A stretch of 64,000 nt of DNA from Eledone cirrhosa (taxonomy: Eukaryota). Under the pieces are notes generated by a model that saw nothing but the letters and a program-made list of their open reading frames with translations, was not told the origin of the DNA and made no database searches. The stretch covers positions 12,152,001 to 12,216,000 of the forward strand of contig OZ024740.1 in the NCBI GenBank assembly GCA_964016885.1, read 5' to 3'. A program made the translations under genes and the position numbers. Below are positions 57,201 to 64,000 of the stretch, one piece after another (within the stretch, counting starts at the first letter, position 1; each line of letters starts with the position of its first letter).

Positions 57201-60200
57201 ACCAACAACATTAACAACACCACCACCAACAACACCACCACCACCAACAACAACTCCAACAACACCACCACCAACAACACCACCGCCAACAACAACACCA
57301 CCACCAACAACAACAACACCACCAACAACACCACCACCAACAACAACACCAACAACACCAACCACACCACCACCACCAACAACACCACCACCAACAACAC
57401 CACCACCAACAACAACACCAACAACACCAACCGCACCACCACCAACAACATTAACAACACCACCACCAACAACACCACCACCACCAACAACAACTCCAAC
57501 AACACCACCAACAACAACACCACGACCAACAACACCAACCACACCACCACCACCAACAACACCACCAACAACACCACCACCACCAACACCACCACCAACA
57601 ACAACACCAACAACAACACCAACAACACCACCAACAACAACACCACCACCAACAACACCACCAACAACACCACCACCAATAACAACACCACGACCAACAC
57701 CACGACCAACACCATCACCAACAACACCACCACCAATAACAACACCACGACCAACAACAACACCAACAACAACACCACCAACAACACCACCACCAACACC
57801 ACCACCAACAACACTAACAACACCACCACCAACAACAACACCAACAACAACACCAACAACACCACCAACAACAACACCACCACCAACAACACCACCAACA
57901 ACACCACCACCAATAACAACACCACGACCAACACCACGACCAACACCACCACCAACAACACCACCACCAACACCACCACCAACAACACTAACAACACCAC
58001 CAGCAACAACAACACCAGCAACAACAACACCACCAACAACAACACCACCACCAACAACACCACCACCAACATCACTAACAACACCACCAGCAACAACACC
58101 ACCAACAACAACAACACCAACAACACCACCACCAACAACACCACCACCAACAACACCACCACCAACAACACCACCACCACCAACAACACTAACAACACCA
58201 CCAGCAACAACAACACCAGCAACAACAACACCACCAACAACAACACCAACAACACCACCACCAACAACACCACCACCACCAACAACACCACCAACAACAC
58301 CACCAACAACAACACCACCAACAACACCACCAGCAACAACAACACCAGCAACAACAACACCACCAACATCACTAACAACACCACCACCAACAACAACACC
58401 AACAACACCACCACCAACAACACCACCACCAACAAAAACACCAACAACACCACCACCAACACCACCACCAACACCACCACCAACAACACCACCACCAACA
58501 CCACTAACAACAACACCATCAAGAACAACACCACCAACAACACTAAAAACACCACCAACAACACCACCACCAACAACACCACCACCAACAACACCACCAC
58601 CAACAACACTAACAACAACACCATCAAGAACAACACCACCAACAACACTAAAAACACCACCAACAACACCACCACCAACAACAACACCAACAGCACCAAC
58701 CACACCACCACCAACAACATTAAGAACACCACCACCAACAACACCACCACCACCACCAACAACAACTCCAACAACACCACCACCAACAACACCACCACCA
58801 ACAACAACACCACCACCAACAACAACACCACCACCAACAACAACAACACCACCAACAACACCACCACCAACAACAACACCAACAACACCAACCACACCAC
58901 CACCAACAACATTAACAACACCACCACCAACAACACCACCACCACCAACAACAACTCCAACAACACCACCACCAACAACACCACCACCAACAACAACAAC
59001 ACCACCAACAACAACACCACCAACAACACCACCACCAACAACAACACCAACAACACCAACCACACCACCACCAACAACAATAACAACACCACCACCAACA
59101 ACACCACCACCACCAACAACAACTCCAACAACACCACCACCAACAACACCACCACCAACAACAACACCACCACCAACAACAATAACACCACCAACAACAC
59201 CACCACCAACAACAACACCAACAACACCAACCACACCACCACCAACAACATTAACAACACCACCACCAACAACACCACCACCACCAACAACACCACCAAC
59301 AACACTAACAACACCACCACCAACAACAACACCAACAACACCACCACCAACAACACCACCACCAACAAAAACACCAACAACACCACCACCAACACCACCA
59401 CCAACACCACCACCAACAACACCACCACCAACACCACCACCAACAACACCACCACCAACAACACTAACAACAACACCATCAAGAACAACACCACCAACAA
59501 ACACCACCACCAACAACACTAAAAACACCACCACCGACAACAACACCAACAACAACACCACCAACAACACCACCAACAACAACACCACCAACAACAAAAC
59601 CACCAACAACACCACCACCAACAACACCACCACCACCAACAACAACACCACCAACAACAAAACCACCAACACCACCACCAACACCACCACCAACAACACT
59701 AACAACACCACTACCAACAACACCACCAACACCAACAACACCACCACCAACAACACCACCACCAACAATACCACCAACAAGACCAACACCAACAACACTA
59801 CCAACAACAACACCACCAACACCACCACCAACACCACCACCAACACCACCAACACCAACACCACCATCAACAACACCACCACCAACAACAACAACACCAA
59901 CAACACCACCAACAACAACACCAACAACAACACCACCAACAACACCACCATCAACAACACCACCAACAACAACACCACCACTAACAACAACAACACCAAC
60001 AACAACACCACCAACAACACCAACAACAACACCACCAACAACACCACCGTCAACAACACCAGCACCAACACCACCTCCAACAACACAACCACCACCACCA
60101 CCAACAACACCACCAACAACAACACCAACACTATCAACAACACCACCAACAACAACACCACCACCAACAACACCACCACCACCAACACCACCACCACCAA

Positions 60201-61535
60201 CAACAACACCAATAACACCACCAACAACAACACCACCACCACCAACAACAACACCAACAACAACACCACCACCACCAACACCACCAACAACACCAACAAC
60301 AACACCAAAACCAACAACAACACCAACAACACCACCACCAACAACACCACCACCACCAACACCACCTCCAACAACACAACCACCACCACCACCAACAACA
60401 CCACCAACAACAACACCAACACTATCAACAACACCACCAACAACAACACCACCACCAACAACACCACCACCACCAACACCACCAACAACAATACCACCAA
60501 CAACACCAACACCACCAACAACACCACCACCAACAACACCACCAACAACAACACCACCACCAACAACAACACCACCACCAACAACACCACCACCAACAAC
60601 ACCACCACCAACACCACCACCAACAACACCACCACCAACAACACCACCACCAACACCACCACCAACAGCACCACCACCAACAAAACCACCACCAACAACA
60701 ACACCACCACCAACACCAACAACAACACCAACAACACAACCACCAACAACAACACTACCAACAACATGACCAACAACACCACCACTAACAACACCACCAA
60801 CAACACTACCAACAACAACAACAACACCACCACCAACACCACCAACAACAACACCACCACCAACAACAACACCACCACTAACAACACCACCAACAACACT
60901 ACCAACAACAACAACAACAACACCAGCAACAACAACACCACCACCAACAACACCACCACCAACAACACCACCACCAACAACACCACCACCAACAACACCA
61001 CCACCAACAACACCAACAACACCACCAACAACAACACCACCAGCAACAACACCACCACCAACAACACCATCAACAACACTAACCAAACAACCACCAACAA
61101 CACTAACAACACCACCACCAACAACACCACCACCAACAACAACACTACCAACAACATGACCAACAACACCACCACTAACAACACCACCAACAACACTACC
61201 AACAACAACAACAACTACACCAACACCAACACCACCACCAACAACAACACCACCACCAACAACACCACCAACGACACCACAACCAACAACAACAACACCA
61301 ACAACACCAACACCACCACCAACAACACCAACACCAACAACAACACCAACAAAAACACCAGCAACAACAACACCACCAACAACACCACTACCAACAACAC
61401 CAACAACACCACCACATACACCACCACCAACAACACTAACAACACCACTACCAACAACACCAGCAACAACAACACCAACAACACCAACAACACCACTACC
61501 AACAACACCAACAACACCAACACCAACAACACTAA

Positions 61536-64000
61536 CCACTGCCACAACCACCCACACCACTACCACCATCACCACAACCACTACCACTGACACCACTCAC
61601 TACTGCCACAACCACCCACACCACTACCACCATCACCACAACCACTACCACTGACACCACTCACTACGGCCACAACCACCAACACCACTACCACCATCAC
61701 CACCACCACTACCACTGACACCACTCACTACTGCCACAACCACCAACACCACTGCCACCATCACCACAACCACTACCACTGACACCACTCACTACTGCCA
61801 CAACCACCCACACCACTACCACCATCACCACAACCACTACCACTGACACCACTCACTACTGCCACAACCACCCACACCACTACCACCATCACCACAGCCA
61901 CTACCACTGACACCACTCACTACTGCCACAACCACCAACACCACTACCACCACCACCAACACCACTACCACTACCACCACCACCACTACCACTGACACCA
62001 CTCACTACTGCCACAACCACCAACACCACTACCACCATCACCACCACCACTACCACTGACACCACTCACTACTGCCACAACCACCAACACCACTACCACC
62101 ATCACCACAGCCACTACCACTGACACCACTCACTACTGCCACAACCACCAACACCACTACCACCATCACCACAACCACTACCACCATCACCACCACCACT
62201 ACCACTGACACCACTCACTACTGCCACAACCACCAACACCACTACCACCATCACCACGGCCACTACCACTGACACCACTCACTACTGCCACAACCACCAA
62301 CACCACTACCACCACCACCAACACCACTACCACTACCACCACCACCACTACCACTGACACCACTCACTACTGCCACAACCACCAACACCACTACCACCAT
62401 CACCACCACCACTACCACTGACACCACTCACTACTGCCACAACCACCAACACCACTACCACCATCACCACCACCACTACCACTGACACCACTCACTACTG
62501 CCACAACCACCAACACCACTACCACCATCACCACCACCACTACCACTGACACCACTCACTACTGCCACAACCACCAACACCACTGCCACCATCACCACCA
62601 CCACTACCACTGATACCACTCACTACTGCCACAACCACCAACACCACTACCACCATCACCACCACCACTGCCACTGACACCACTCACTACTGCCACAACC
62701 ACCAACACCACTACCACTACCACCACCACCACTACCACTGACACCACTCACTACTGCCACAACCACCAACACTACTGCCACAACCACCAACACCACTGCC
62801 ACTGACACCACTCACTACTGCCACAACCACCAACACCACTACCACCATCACCACTACCACTGACACCACTCACTATTGCCACAACCACCAACACCACTAC
62901 CACCATCACCACCACCACTACCACTGACACCACTCACTACTGCCACAACCACCAACACCACTACCACCATCACCACAACCACTACCACCATCTCCACCAC
63001 CACTACCACTGACACCACTCACTACTGCCACAACCACCAACACCACTACCACCATCACCACCACCACTGCCACTGACACCACTCACTACTGCCACAACCA
63101 CCAACACCACTACCACTACCACCACCACCACTACCACTGACACCACTCACTACTGCCACAACCACCAACACTACTGCCACAACCACCAACACCACTGCCA
63201 CTGACACCACTCACTACTGCCACAACCACCAACACCACTACCACCATCACCACTACCACTGACACCACTCACTATTGCCACAACCACCAACACCACTACC
63301 ACCATCACCACCACCACTACCACTGACACCACTCACTACTGCCACAACCACCAACACCACTACCAACATCACCACAGCCACTACCACCATCTCCACCACC
63401 ACTACCACTGACACCACTCACTACTGCCACAACCACCAACACCACTACCACCATCACCACCACCACTGCCACTGACACCACTCACTACTGCCACAACCAC
63501 CAACACCACTACCACTACCACCACCACCACTACCACTGACACCACTCACTACTGCCACAACCACCAACACTACTGCCACAACCACCAACACCACTGCCAC
63601 TGACACCACTCACTACTGCCACAACCACCAACACCACTACCACCATCACCACTACCACTGACACCACTCACTATTGCCACAACCACCAACACCACTACCA
63701 CCATCACCACCACCACTACCACTGACACCACTCACTACTGCCACAACCACCAACACCACTACCACCATCACCACAACCACTACCACCATCTCCACCACCA
63801 CTACCACTGACACCACTCACTACTGCCACAACCACCAACACTACTGCCACAACCACCAACACCACTACCACCATCTCCACCACCACTACCACTGACACCA
63901 CTCACTACTGCCACAACCACCAACACCACTACCACCATCTCCACCACCACTACCACTGACACCACTCACTACTGCCACAACCACCAACACCACTACCACC
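61536..64000. repeat. 64-bp C/A-rich minisatellite, runs off the right edge of the window
   Basis: Unit ctgacaccactcactactgccacaaccaccaacaccactaccaccatcaccaccaccactacca; ctga at 61587/61651 and 62418/62482 (period 64). Length variants arise by internal slippage. Confidence 0.95.
62680..63900. repeat. 399-bp higher-order repeat x3 within the 64-bp minisatellite
   Basis: The variant ctattgcc and near-identical short ORFs occur at 62876, 63275 and 63674 (period 399). Confidence 0.88.

Larger units (their letters stand above)
20401..61535. repeat. 41-kb compound trinucleotide array of interleaved (CCA)n/(ACA)n runs
   Basis: The + strand is almost only A and C. Triplet phase is kept for kilobases, with sparse variant triplets (cta, ata, gca, tca, cct, aaa, cga) that recur in copied blocks. 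Confidence 0.97.

Noticed and set aside
20543-61596. Giant minus-strand Val/Gly, Leu/Val and Trp/Cys ORFs (elastin-like or membrane-like)
   Set aside because: They are antisense shadows of CCA/ACA triplets. GXT codons need two changes to become stops, so long ORFs are automatic, and thousands of uninterrupted hydrophobic residues are implausible.
62876-63901. Three near-identical 66-73-aa ORFs as a small gene family
   Set aside because: They are products of the 399-bp HOR; the 64-bp unit rotates through all frames and the starts are TTG.

Overview
Eukaryotic-looking window that is about 98% tandem repeat; no recognisable gene, RNA gene or CRISPR array. Layout: (1) 1-~19058, a 51-bp satellite of ~370 monomers (consensus ctacttcagtactgacttagtctatgtagacctgtctaacccttgttagcc) with recurring monomer variants and a ~4.3-kb higher-order repeat. 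The monomer is a chain of overlapping short inverted repeats, has a ~10-bp sub-periodicity and carries telomere-like TAACCC/TAGCCC words. (2) ~19059-20400, a 1.3-kb island with (TA)/(TG) microsatellites, a short G/T-rich minisatellite, a 30-codon signal-peptide-like ORF and two diverged fragments resembling an interspersed repeat I associate with octopus genomes (from memory, unverified). (3) ~20401-61535, a 41-kb array made almost only of CCA and ACA triplets in short runs, built by nested 0.4-4.1-kb duplications. It reads as Pro/Thr mucin-like in one frame and Asn/Thr in another, but copied stops and frameshifts leave its coding status unresolved. (4) ~61536-64000, a 64-bp C/A-rich minisatellite with a 399-bp higher-order unit. 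Most ORFs in the supplied track are compositional artefacts. All positions were read by eye and boundaries are approximate.
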